Virus record (IMG/VR): IMGVR_UViG_3300037308_000134
Coordinates: 1-64,000 of that record
DNA: 64,000 nucleotides
Source: a virus
Strand: one strand, 5' to 3'
Position numbers and translations under genes: made by a program. The notes beneath the pieces are model-generated. The model was not told the origin of the DNA and made no database searches. It saw only the letters and a list, made by a program, of their open reading frames with translations. This document shows positions 1 through 8,316 of the stretch, piece by piece. Each line of letters opens with the position of its first letter. The stretch's first letter is position 1.

Positions 1-847
1 TAAATGAATTTTGGTCAAAAATAGCATCCTGCGAAGAAGATGGAGCAGATGCTCCAGATGATCCACCAGAAGATGTAGACCAATGAGATGTATCATCCCA
101 ATATCCACCATTACCAACCCAATATCTAGCTGTAACTAAATTGGCTTTAATCGAATTAACTTTAGTTGTTGGAGCATTGATATACGCTTTGACTGAATTT
201 ACATTGGTATATGTTATGTAAGAATAAAACGTAGCTCCTAATGCAGAACAAACAACGGCAGAATATGTCCATGTCATTGTGGCAGAACCACCAGATGTTG
301 CAGCTGTTGCACAACTAGCAGTTTGCGAACCCATATCAACTTCTGATCCAGATATTTCTGATCCTGCTGAAACACTTAATGAAGAAGCTGTTCCACCAAC
401 TGCTACTCCACCACCAACTGCATAAGAACCAGGTCTTGCTGGACTAATTACTGCTGAAGCTGAACCAGTTCCTGTTCCTGTATCATAACTATCATAAGTA
501 ATAGCTGTTGCAGAAGCATCAATAAGTCCAATAGCAGTAGCTTGTACATCTGTACATGTTCCTGCCATTGTTACTACTACGTTTGCAGTAGTAATTGAAG
601 GATTAGATAAATACCAAATAGATTCAAATGCTGATCCGACACGATATCTCCCTCCTGCTATTTCAGTTAGACTTTCCGTTGTATTAAATACAACAGAATT
701 AACAACTGAATCAGTAGCAGATGAATCATATCCAGTTACTACAACAACTAAACATTTTGTATTAGCAGCAGTTGTATGAGAAAATGTACGACTAGATACA
801 TTTGCTCCATTTCCTGAATTGGTAGGTGTTCCTAATGATATTGCCAT
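1..847 (-). CDS. Ser/Thr/Gly/Ala-rich virion (fibre-like) structural protein, partial; C-terminus lies beyond window start
   Basis: ATG at 845-847 (MAISLGTPTNSGNGANVSSRTF...). Hand translation stays open to position 1. Missing from the ORF track only because no stop lies in the window. Composition resembles 11502..12020. Confidence 0.6.
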   Translation of the reverse strand, partial: MAISLGTPTNSGNGANVSSRTFSHTTAANTKCLVVVVTGYDSSATDSVVNSVVFNTTESLTEIAGGRYRVGSAFESIWYLSNPSITTANVVVTMAGTCTDVQATAIGLIDASATAITYDSYDTGTGTGSASAVISPARPGSYAVGGGVAVGGTASSLSVSAGSEISGSEVDMGSQTASCATAATSGGSATMTWTYSAVVCSALGATFYSYITYTNVNSVKAYINAPTTKVNSIKANLVTARYWVGNGGYWDDTSHWSTSSGGSSGASAPSSSQDAIFDQNSF

Positions 848-857
848 AAATTTCCAC

Positions 858-886
858 AAAAAAAGACAGCCTATGTAGCTGTCTTC
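858..886 (-). terminator. Intrinsic terminator hairpin (AAGACAGC-N7-GCUGUCUU + U7) 11 nt upstream of the ATG at 847
   Basis: 8-bp perfect stem 863-870/878-885. The A7 run at 858-864 reads as U7 on the minus strand. Same stem sequence as 5297-5317. Confidence 0.75.
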
Positions 887-938
887 CAAAAACTCTTCGC
901 CTCACGGATAAGGCTAGTCTGCGGATAGACCTATGTAT

Positions 939-967
939 ATAATAAAACCCTTGATCATCCTTGTCAA
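939..967 (-). promoter_or_regulatory. Sigma70-type promoter TTGACA-17-TATTAT
   Basis: Minus-strand TTGACA at 967-962 (it contains the TGA stop of the upstream ORF), 17-nt spacer, TATTAT at 944-939. Confidence 0.6.
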
Positions 968-1426
968 TCAAACTCCCTTGAAAAAATCATGATCTTTGCT
1001 TTTGTTCCACTCTTGCTTCAGCTTTAAACGTGCTTCACGTGCAGATAATCCTTCTTCCTCTTCAAGCCTTTTAATTTCTGCTGGATTATATTTGTGGAAA
1101 TTTCTGTCTATCTTACGACTTACTGCATCACTCACGTCTATACCATAATATGAAGCTACTTGTGTAGAAAATAAAATAACATCTGCTAATTCATTGGCTA
1201 TGATTTCCCTGTCACCAGTAGCTAACGCATCTTGAAGTTCAGTTACTTCATCTTGAAGCATGCAAAACAATTCTTTTTCGTTTTCCTCTGGATTTAATAC
1301 CGCTGACAAAAAACCGTGAGCTTCTTGCATGCCACGTAATGTTTCAATATGTGGAGAGTGGTATATTTCTACTTCTCGCTCTGCCATTTCTTGCTTTCGT
1401 TGTACAGTACAATGCAAAGCAGACAA
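968..1426 (-). CDS. MazG-like all-alpha nucleoside triphosphate pyrophosphohydrolase
   Basis: Motifs EVTELQDA...ELADVILF are typical of MazG/dCTPase-like NTP-PPases. The true start may be the internal MAEREVE Met. Confidence 0.65.
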   Translation of the reverse strand: MSALHCTVQRKQEMAEREVEIYHSPHIETLRGMQEAHGFLSAVLNPEENEKELFCMLQDEVTELQDALATGDREIIANELADVILFSTQVASYYGIDVSDAVSRKIDRNFHKYNPAEIKRLEEEEGLSAREARLKLKQEWNKSKDHDFFKGV

Positions 1427-1683
1427 TATACAGATAAGTCTAATAACGTATCTGTAATAGTTTCATCCTTCACATTAGCTGTTTTAGTGGATAGTTGTTT
1501 AATACGTGAAAACTTATCAGACATGCGTATCAGAACGCCTTTCCAAGCTGGAATCCCAATATCTTCACATGCTCTTAAATTAATCAACGGGTCTTTCTCA
1601 CCACTATAATCCGTATTCTTCGCATCATACAGCTCTGCCGCTTTCTCCATTAATTTATAAACTTCTGGATGTCCTCTTTTCAT
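1369..1683 (-). CDS. DUF1599-like (nucleotide modification associated domain 1) protein
   Basis: KNTDYSG...IRMSDKFSRIKQL...DTLLDLSVYCLL matches my recollection of the DUF1599 pattern. Start trimmed to MKRGHPE, which forms an ATGA overlap with the upstream stop. Confidence 0.55.
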   Translation of the reverse strand: MKRGHPEVYKLMEKAAELYDAKNTDYSGEKDPLINLRACEDIGIPAWKGVLIRMSDKFSRIKQLSTKTANVKDETITDTLLDLSVYCLLCIVLYNESKKWQSEK

Positions 1684-2645
1684 GATCGCTCCTGTTGTAA
1701 ACGATGAATACCAGTTTCTACATCCCACAAAACTTCTACACGCTTCTGATTCGGCCAAAGTAAAAGTGACTGCGCTCCCATCTGATCATATTGCTGTCTG
1801 GAAAATCCTTTCTTACGTGCATATTCATCTGTACTTTTATATGTACCGACTGATATAAAATTTCCAAGAAATGCTTCACCACCAAACGCTTTAACTGGTT
1901 GAGTAATATGAGCTTTCTGATGTGTATGAGCTGTCAACGCTATATCTGATCCTTCTGCTGAATCCCTATATAATCTAAGTGCTGGATGGGCTTTATTATA
2001 TATACTAAATCCATTATGTCTATGACAACCAGAAATTCTATATTCTTGTTTACCAACCCCAAGTGTAATATATGAAACACCCTCTAAATAATACGCTCCA
2101 GTAGTAGTAATAAAATCATCATAAACTGTATCTCCAAAATTCATTACCCAACCATCATGATCCCCAAGCCAAGCTGCTAACAATTTTTTACGTTCACCAA
2201 GTAACATTAGTCCAGTTCGTAAATATTCATTTTGCTCTGCGTATGATGCTATGTCGCTGTCTTGGGCTGCTCCACCCCAAAAAAATGAATCAGTCATATC
2301 ACCCATTGAAAGAGCATATGCTCCCTTTGTTTCAGCCACTAATGCTACTTCTTTTGCCCATCTCTTGTAATCAGTGTCCAATGCTCCAGCGTGAACATCT
2401 CCAAAAGGGACAAGCAATATTGGTTCTTCTGTATCTATCTGAATGTGTACATGCTCTGGTATGCCAAACGCTTCATGTCTTTCTTCTTGCCGTCTAGAAA
2501 ATATAGTTGTCCAGTTTGAAAATGGTCTAGAACTTCTTCCATTTGGTGTTAAAAAATGTACAACATCTTCATCTCCTATCATTTCTTCTCGTGACTTAAA
2601 ACTTCCATCGGGATAAAATAATCCCATTTCAGCTGGCGCTGGCAT
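1680..2645 (-). CDS. Calcineurin-like metallophosphoesterase
   Basis: Motifs GDVHAG, MGDMTD, LGDHDGW and AHTHQ. SD GGAGGA upstream. Confidence 0.8.
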   Translation of the reverse strand: MPAPAEMGLFYPDGSFKSREEMIGDEDVVHFLTPNGRSSRPFSNWTTIFSRRQEERHEAFGIPEHVHIQIDTEEPILLVPFGDVHAGALDTDYKRWAKEVALVAETKGAYALSMGDMTDSFFWGGAAQDSDIASYAEQNEYLRTGLMLLGERKKLLAAWLGDHDGWVMNFGDTVYDDFITTTGAYYLEGVSYITLGVGKQEYRISGCHRHNGFSIYNKAHPALRLYRDSAEGSDIALTAHTHQKAHITQPVKAFGGEAFLGNFISVGTYKSTDEYARKKGFSRQQYDQMGAQSLLLWPNQKRVEVLWDVETGIHRLQQERS

Positions 2646-2725
2646 AGTATTTTCCTCCTATATACTACAAGAAAGAGAGCATACCATCTGCTCTCTCTCT
2701 TTTAATAGTCAAAATAAAATTTATA

Positions 2726-3031
2726 TTATTGTGTCAATCGTGTATATAACTTTGCCACTGGTTCTTGAACTTTCTTCTGAATAAACTGATATACCGTTGA
2801 AGATACTCCTAGAACCAACACAAAGGATTGGAATATTGCTGCTGGATCAGTCCAAGAGAATTTCCCTTGAAAAAATACCACACCAAGTGAAATCAAAAAC
2901 GATACCACCATGCTAAGTGCTAAAGCTTTCTTACCATCTGGTGTACCAAAAAACTTTTTGATTATTTCAATTAACCAAGGTGCTACAAATCCAGCAATTG
3001 TCAACGCTAGAACTGTTATATCTGCTTCCAT
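2726..3031 (-). CDS. Holin-like small membrane protein
   Basis: 101 aa with three hydrophobic segments and a charged C-terminus. Sits next to the muralytic gene. SD AAGGGGGTGA. Confidence 0.6.
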   Translation of the reverse strand: MEADITVLALTIAGFVAPWLIEIIKKFFGTPDGKKALALSMVVSFLISLGVVFFQGKFSWTDPAAIFQSFVLVLGVSSTVYQFIQKKVQEPVAKLYTRLTQ

Positions 3032-3033
3032 GT

Positions 3034-3303
3034 TTACTCACCCCCTTTGTGTTTATGTGAACATGCGTTTACTGTAATTTTCCCACCATCATTTCCACAA
3101 GTTGATCCGAACTTATAGTCTCCAGTGGTAGTTGTAGAACCATCATATGTCCACGTTATGTACGGTTGTACATATGGATATGTCCATGGATAGTAATAGT
3201 GTTTCCCCCATGTTTCTCCACATTTGCAACAATACACTTCGTTGCAACAACCACAATGATGCAAACAATGGTTACAACATCCATGTGTATGTGTATGACT
3301 CAT
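3034..3303 (-). CDS. Cys/His-rich small protein (13 Cys, about 9 His), function unknown
   Basis: N-terminus HTHTHGCCNHCLHHCGCCNEVYCCKCGE. SD AAAGGGGTGA. Lies between the lysin and the holin. Confidence 0.7.
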   Translation of the reverse strand: MSHTHTHGCCNHCLHHCGCCNEVYCCKCGETWGKHYYYPWTYPYVQPYITWTYDGSTTTTGDYKFGSTCGNDGGKITVNACSHKHKGGE

Positions 3304-3307
3304 ATAA

Positions 3308-4396
3308 TCACCCCTTTCTTTTTAATTTATTAATTACTTCATTAATAAATGTAGCGATACCAGCTAAAAACTTAAACCATATTGTAAACTTAAAACCAAC
3401 AGGTGTTCCAGTAAGCTTTAATTCACATGCCTGAAGCTTCTGAGCCAGCTCTCCCTTCTCTTTTCCCATAGCGTCTATCTGCCCTTGAAGTTCTTTTATG
3501 CGGGCTTCATATACCCCACTTACTCCAGGTAGTCCAGATAGTGCTTGTTTCAGCTTATTCTGAAGCTCTTCTCTTAATTTTTGCTCGTCTAGCACTTGCT
3601 GTTTTAGTCTGCTAACTTGCTCTTCACGGTTCCTAATCTCAGCTTGTGCAGTTCCTAATTGATTCTGAAGATCAGTAAGTCTGGATTTAAGCCCTGCAAC
3701 AACACTTTTGACTGTTTCAAGGGGGGTAGTGTTTGGGTCTCCGCCAATTTCTAGATACTGCACTGTGCCTGTCCATTTTTCACTATTAGATTGATATGAC
3801 GCTCCAACTGACTTTGGATAGCAAATTTGCTCTTCTACACCATCAAATGGAAGAGGTTTTCCATATGTACGATAGCAGAATAAAACCCTTTTAACGTCAC
3901 CATATGCACTCAAAAGCATCGTCTGTGTGCCAGTCCAAGGATCAAAGATTAAAAAATCACCTGAATCATTATAACCATATACCAATACCCAATGCATATC
4001 TTCATCTACTGTATTTGGATAAAAATCAACTTCAGTTATTAATGCTTGCCCCTTATCTATTAATTGACGCATTTTAGTAATTGCGCTATCTGGAGCTGGA
4101 TCAAGCCATTTTGGAGAAACATAATCCATTACTATGTCAGGCCATATCTTACGAAGTGAATCAAACACAAATATTCCACCATTAATAAAGCCAGCAACAT
4201 TCTTATCTTTTAGTCTGTTATTTAGTGTAAGTGGGGTTTCATTGATTCCTAGGGCATTGAGGTATGCACAGACAGAAGTAATCATGCAGCCATAATTACC
4301 TATTGTATATTGCTTATCAGTATTATAACCAAGCAATATATCTTTCCAACGAGGGTCTCTTTGTGAATATAGAGTTGCTAGTTTTAATTTTTTCAT
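3308..4396 (-). CDS. Putative endolysin: C39-like cysteine peptidase domain, coiled coil and C-terminal hydrophobic helix
   Basis: YSQRDPRW...GNYGCMITS Cys motif and downstream MHWVLVYGY. Residues ~225-330 are heptad-rich. The tail is FKFTIWFKFLAGIATFI. SD AAAGGAGGA. Confidence 0.6.
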   Translation of the reverse strand: MKKLKLATLYSQRDPRWKDILLGYNTDKQYTIGNYGCMITSVCAYLNALGINETPLTLNNRLKDKNVAGFINGGIFVFDSLRKIWPDIVMDYVSPKWLDPAPDSAITKMRQLIDKGQALITEVDFYPNTVDEDMHWVLVYGYNDSGDFLIFDPWTGTQTMLLSAYGDVKRVLFCYRTYGKPLPFDGVEEQICYPKSVGASYQSNSEKWTGTVQYLEIGGDPNTTPLETVKSVVAGLKSRLTDLQNQLGTAQAEIRNREEQVSRLKQQVLDEQKLREELQNKLKQALSGLPGVSGVYEARIKELQGQIDAMGKEKGELAQKLQACELKLTGTPVGFKFTIWFKFLAGIATFINEVINKLKRKG

Positions 4397-4572
4397 GATC
4401 CTCCTTTTGGTTTCTGTATCTTCCCATCTCTTGGCATCCGTGGCATATCACGTCTTATAAGCCATGATTGCTCTCTTGGCACTTTTGGTATCTTAATTTT
4501 TGGCTCTTTAGGCAATGGTTGCTGGGGAGCCTTAAACTCCACAGCCTCAATAGGCAATGGAATCTCATTCAT
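4393..4572 (-). CDS. Small Pro/Lys-rich protein (59 aa)
   Basis: Hand-translated MNEIPLPIEAVEFKAPQQPLPKEPKIKIPKVPREQ.... Fills the gap exactly and its stop overlaps the next ATG (ATGA). Just below the track length cutoff. Confidence 0.45.
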   Translation of the reverse strand: MNEIPLPIEAVEFKAPQQPLPKEPKIKIPKVPREQSWLIRRDMPRMPRDGKIQKPKGGS

Positions 4573-4574
4573 AT

Positions 4575-5015
4575 TTAATCAGCTACAATTCTAAATGAAT
4601 TTGTTTTAACAGTTTTAACAATCTTACGAATTGGATTAACTTCAAAAGAAATCGTTGTGCTTATATAATAATCTCCAGGCGGAAGAGCTTTAGGAACATA
4701 TACATATTCAATCTTCTTATGACAACCCAATGGTCTACGATTTAAGCTTTCTGGAACCTGATAAATAATTGTATCTATAAATTGTCTATTAACATATGAC
4801 ACTAAATCTTTATATTTACAAAAATCTTGCTGCATTTCTAGATACTCTCCAGACCTAACAGTTGTATTCAAAATTACACCATTATCTTTTCCAAACTCTA
4901 ATATCTTATATGGATAAATAGCCCAATATGTAAGTAAAAAAATAAAACCAAGAGATAAAAGAATTGTAAAAGCTGATATATAATAAAATGATCTTTGAAT
5001 AGTTGGAGTAACCAT
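4575..5015 (-). CDS. Membrane-anchored protein (N-terminal TM), unknown function
   Basis: ISAFTILLSLGFIFLLTYWAIY hydrophobic segment. Packed in the operon. Confidence 0.6.
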   Translation of the reverse strand: MVTPTIQRSFYYISAFTILLSLGFIFLLTYWAIYPYKILEFGKDNGVILNTTVRSGEYLEMQQDFCKYKDLVSYVNRQFIDTIIYQVPESLNRRPLGCHKKIEYVYVPKALPPGDYYISTTISFEVNPIRKIVKTVKTNSFRIVAD

Positions 5016-5019
5016 ATAT

Positions 5020-5274
5020 TTATTTATTTGAGTTTATAACTAATGCTAGTAATGCACCACAGACACCAGTTAAAACTAATGTAACAATACCGTAAATAAT
5101 TTTTAATCCAGGACTAAATTTATCATCTATAGCCTTACATCTGGATTCAAATTCCAATCTTGTTACAAATTGACCATCTAATCTTTTTTTAATTTCCTCT
5201 ATCTCTTGTTTGATATACTGTATATCAGTCGCTATGATGGCTACTTCTGTATTTGTTGCCTGTTTTTTTGCCAT
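5020..5274 (-). CDS. Tail-anchored small membrane protein with coiled-coil N-terminus
   Basis: C-terminal TM IIYGIVTLVLTGVCGALLALVI. First gene after the promoter/terminator cassette. Confidence 0.6.
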   Translation of the reverse strand: MAKKQATNTEVAIIATDIQYIKQEIEEIKKRLDGQFVTRLEFESRCKAIDDKFSPGLKIIYGIVTLVLTGVCGALLALVINSNK

Positions 5275-5290
5275 ATGATAATTATTCCAT

Positions 5291-5317
5291 AAAAAAAGAC
5301 AGCAATAAAAGCTGTCT
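5291..5317 (-). terminator. Intrinsic terminator hairpin (AGACAGC-N7-GCUGUCU + U7) in the leader of 5020..5274
   Basis: Stem 5297-5303/5311-5317. A7 at 5291-5297 reads as U7 on minus. A T6 run on the other side makes it bidirectional. Confidence 0.75.
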
Positions 5318-5353
5318 GACGTTTTTTCCCAAAACTGTCGTTGACCTATTATA

Positions 5354-5382
5354 ATTATCCGACGTTATGAAATATCTGTCAA
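5354..5382 (-). promoter_or_regulatory. Sigma70-type promoter TTGACA-17-GATAAT
   Basis: TTGACA at 5382-5377 (contains the TGA stop of 5379..5828), 17-nt spacer, GATAAT at 5359-5354. Confidence 0.6.
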
Positions 5383-5828
5383 GTTAGTGTTATGCTTCCA
5401 TCTGGATACAGATATATGACTTTTTCGTATGTTTTCCCGACAACCTCTCTTTTATATCCACAGAAATAGAGCGTTGCATCAATATTATCACCCTTAAACA
5501 TACGTCTACCAACTATCGGGAAATATGGCGAACCGTTATAAATATTCCACGGTGATTCAGCAAACCAACGCTGAGGCTGATTCATCATGGTTATTCTACC
5601 ACCGTCTGGCGTGCCTGGGTGAATAATTAGGTTATTAACGTTAAATATGCCATTCTGGAAATTAACTCTAATCTTTATTCCATTATCTGACTCTAATTCA
5701 TATACAACCCATTTCTGATCTTTGTTTGGTGGCAAAAAATGACTATGATCAAATTTTTGCACCCAATTTTCATCATGACTACTTACACTTTGACCATCTT
5801 CAAATGTAATATTAAATTTAACTCGCAT
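5379..5828 (-). CDS. Hypothetical protein
   Basis: 149-aa ORF with SD GAAAGGAG. Overlaps the upstream gene end by 11 nt. Confidence 0.65.
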   Translation of the reverse strand: MRVKFNITFEDGQSVSSHDENWVQKFDHSHFLPPNKDQKWVVYELESDNGIKIRVNFQNGIFNVNNLIIHPGTPDGGRITMMNQPQRWFAESPWNIYNGSPYFPIVGRRMFKGDNIDATLYFCGYKREVVGKTYEKVIYLYPDGSITLT

Positions 5829-7536
5829 GTTTAGCTCCTTTCTTTCTGAATTTATTGACTGAATCTATTACTTGTTTTTCTGTCATCTTTAGCTTTTCAT
5901 TTATTTTATCACCAATCTTAAAAACTTTCTCCATGCTATTTTTCTTTTTAGACTTATTACCTTTAGACTCTGGCTTACTCATATCTGTCCACGTATGAAT
6001 ATGAACTTCTTTCGCTCTTTCGCCAACAAACTTCTTCGCTTCTTCTTGCATGGCTATTGGAAGCTTAAAGCTGATTGCTGATTCGTGCTTAACTTTCTTT
6101 GATATTGTAATTATATTATAACCTAAACCATCTTTATTAATGAAATCTTTATAATAACCATATACACCTTCTGATGTTGTTTGTTCTACAACTTCAAACA
6201 TCTTAGTTGCTTTCATCAATTCTTTTACGCTTTCTGGCGTATATCCAGACATATGGTAATCTGTGTATGCTGTTTGAAGCGTGCCACGTTGACCAGAATA
6301 AAACATATAAGTTGCACGTATCGCTCCATCAGAATGAAGTGTCGGGTCTTTCTGTATTTCTTTGGCTGCCCACTTCAAATTTGGAACAATCAGAATCATC
6401 TTTCCACCAATCTTTAACACTCTACCCCATTCTTTCAACACACTTATAATCTCTTTACCAGCAAAATGTTCTAAAATATGACTTGCAAATACAACATCCA
6501 CAGAACAATCTTCAAAAGGAAGATATCTTACATCACAACAAATATCTGGTTTGACAGTTGGATCATTATCTATTCTGACACGCTGACCCTCTGGAATCCA
6601 ATATTGTGCATCGCCAGAACCAAGATCAAGCACTAATGCTTCCCCTGGCTTACGTCTTCCTATCCATGCTGGATTTGCCTGTGGCATATCTGCGGTCAAA
6701 TTCCAACATCTACCAGTTTTTTTATCTTGATGTAAACACTGAATAGAACAATCCATCCACAAATCCAAACCAAGCTCTTCTTTAGCTTTTTTGAAGAAAT
6801 ACAAATCTTCAGTTGTTGAAGAGTCACGTGGTTTATTTTTCATCAAATTAGGATCAAATTCACCCTTATCTGCTCTACGAATCTGATCACCTAAATCTTT
6901 AATCTGTTTTTGAAGCTCTACTACTGCTTTTTTATCCCCACCATCTGGCTTTAACAATTCTTCTTTTAATAAATTAGACAAATCATTTTTTCTAATATCA
7001 TATTCTGTGCGTGGGTCTTCAAAATAATATTCACACGAAAACCACGGCTTACTCATTTTCTTCAGTATTTCTGTATCAATAAACAAAAATCCAGCACCAG
7101 CGCCATCTACTGGAATTAAATCTTGAACGCTCCAATCCCAAAAACTACTCTCAAGATTACCTTTAAAAATAAGTGGCATTGTTGGATCAGACTTAGACCA
7201 ATAAACACCAGAAATAATTTTATACTTTGGATGTGATTTCCATAACCTAAGCATTTTCATAAGCCCATCTGAAGGTGGAACTACATCATCATCTATTAAA
7301 AGAAGAAAGTGGCAACCGTTTTTAATAGCTGCTTCTGCAATCATATTCTTAGCTATATCAACACGCCTGTTACGCATCTGGATGCGCATGGTGGTAATAG
7401 CTAAACCTCCACCAAGAGAAGCTACTGCATTTGCCCAATCATGTGTTACGTGTGATGCTGTTCCGTCAGCTGCATCAAGCGTTGGAACACCTATTGCACC
7501 AAAATACGATCTAAATGTACCATCATAGAACGACAT
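5818..7536 (-). CDS. Fusion protein: GT2-family glycosyltransferase (N) and class I SAM methyltransferase (C)
   Basis: HFLLLIDDDVVPP (DxD) in the N half. LVLDLGSGD, ASHILEHF and GGKMILIVPN in the C half. SD AAGGAGG. Confidence 0.75.
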   Translation of the reverse strand: MSFYDGTFRSYFGAIGVPTLDAADGTASHVTHDWANAVASLGGGLAITTMRIQMRNRRVDIAKNMIAEAAIKNGCHFLLLIDDDVVPPSDGLMKMLRLWKSHPKYKIISGVYWSKSDPTMPLIFKGNLESSFWDWSVQDLIPVDGAGAGFLFIDTEILKKMSKPWFSCEYYFEDPRTEYDIRKNDLSNLLKEELLKPDGGDKKAVVELQKQIKDLGDQIRRADKGEFDPNLMKNKPRDSSTTEDLYFFKKAKEELGLDLWMDCSIQCLHQDKKTGRCWNLTADMPQANPAWIGRRKPGEALVLDLGSGDAQYWIPEGQRVRIDNDPTVKPDICCDVRYLPFEDCSVDVVFASHILEHFAGKEIISVLKEWGRVLKIGGKMILIVPNLKWAAKEIQKDPTLHSDGAIRATYMFYSGQRGTLQTAYTDYHMSGYTPESVKELMKATKMFEVVEQTTSEGVYGYYKDFINKDGLGYNIITISKKVKHESAISFKLPIAMQEEAKKFVGERAKEVHIHTWTDMSKPESKGNKSKKKNSMEKVFKIGDKINEKLKMTEKQVIDSVNKFRKKGAKHAS

Positions 7537-7545
7537 ATAGCCTCC

Positions 7546-8295
7546 TTATTGTAGAAACTCCTTAACCGTAAAGTTTTGTAATGTTTTATTTTTCTTCATC
7601 CAATATGCATTAGCTTCAAAAAGCGTATCAAACGTACCAGCGTCTGACCAGTAACCATTTAATTCTGACCATGTAAGCTCATTTCTTGCTAAATACATAT
7701 TATTTAAATCTGTAACTTCAAGTTCATTTCTATCTGATGGCTTCAACTGTCTGATTGCATCATATACTTTAGTATCGTATAGATATAAGCCAGTTACAGC
7801 ATAATCAGATGGAGGCTCTTGTGGTTTTTCTATAATTTCAATAATCTTACCAGCTTCAATTTTAGGAACACCAAATCGCTGAGGGTCTGGAACTTTTTTG
7901 AGGAATATCTTTGCTCCATTTTCAAAAGAAGAAACATCAGCTGAAATATCAGCATCAGTTGTATTATCACCAAGTATAACAGCTACACTTTCACGATCTG
8001 CAAAATCTTCTGTGATTTTTAATGCGTCAGCAATACCACCTTTTGGATTATCTTGATATGCATATTCCAAATGAGATAAACCAAGTTCTTTGCCATTCTT
8101 CAAAACACTTAAAAAATGTCCAGCGTGAGGTCCTGAAACCACGATAATTACTTCTTTGATACCAGCACGAACCAACGTATCAATTGGATAGAAAATCATT
8201 GGTTTATTATAAACGGGGAGCAAATGCTTATTAGTAGCCCAAGTTAATGGGTAAAGTCGTGTAGCTAAACCGCCTGCAAGAATTACGCCTTTCAT
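7546..8295 (-). CDS. Sugar-1-phosphate nucleotidylyltransferase (RmlA/RfbA-like)
   Basis: MKGVILAGGLATRLYPLT...NKHLLPVYNKPMIFYPI signature. Confidence 0.85.
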   Translation of the reverse strand: MKGVILAGGLATRLYPLTWATNKHLLPVYNKPMIFYPIDTLVRAGIKEVIIVVSGPHAGHFLSVLKNGKELGLSHLEYAYQDNPKGGIADALKITEDFADRESVAVILGDNTTDADISADVSSFENGAKIFLKKVPDPQRFGVPKIEAGKIIEIIEKPQEPPSDYAVTGLYLYDTKVYDAIRQLKPSDRNELEVTDLNNMYLARNELTWSELNGYWSDAGTFDTLFEANAYWMKKNKTLQNFTVKEFLQ

Positions 8296-8316
8296 ATGTG
8301 ATACACTATGTCAACA

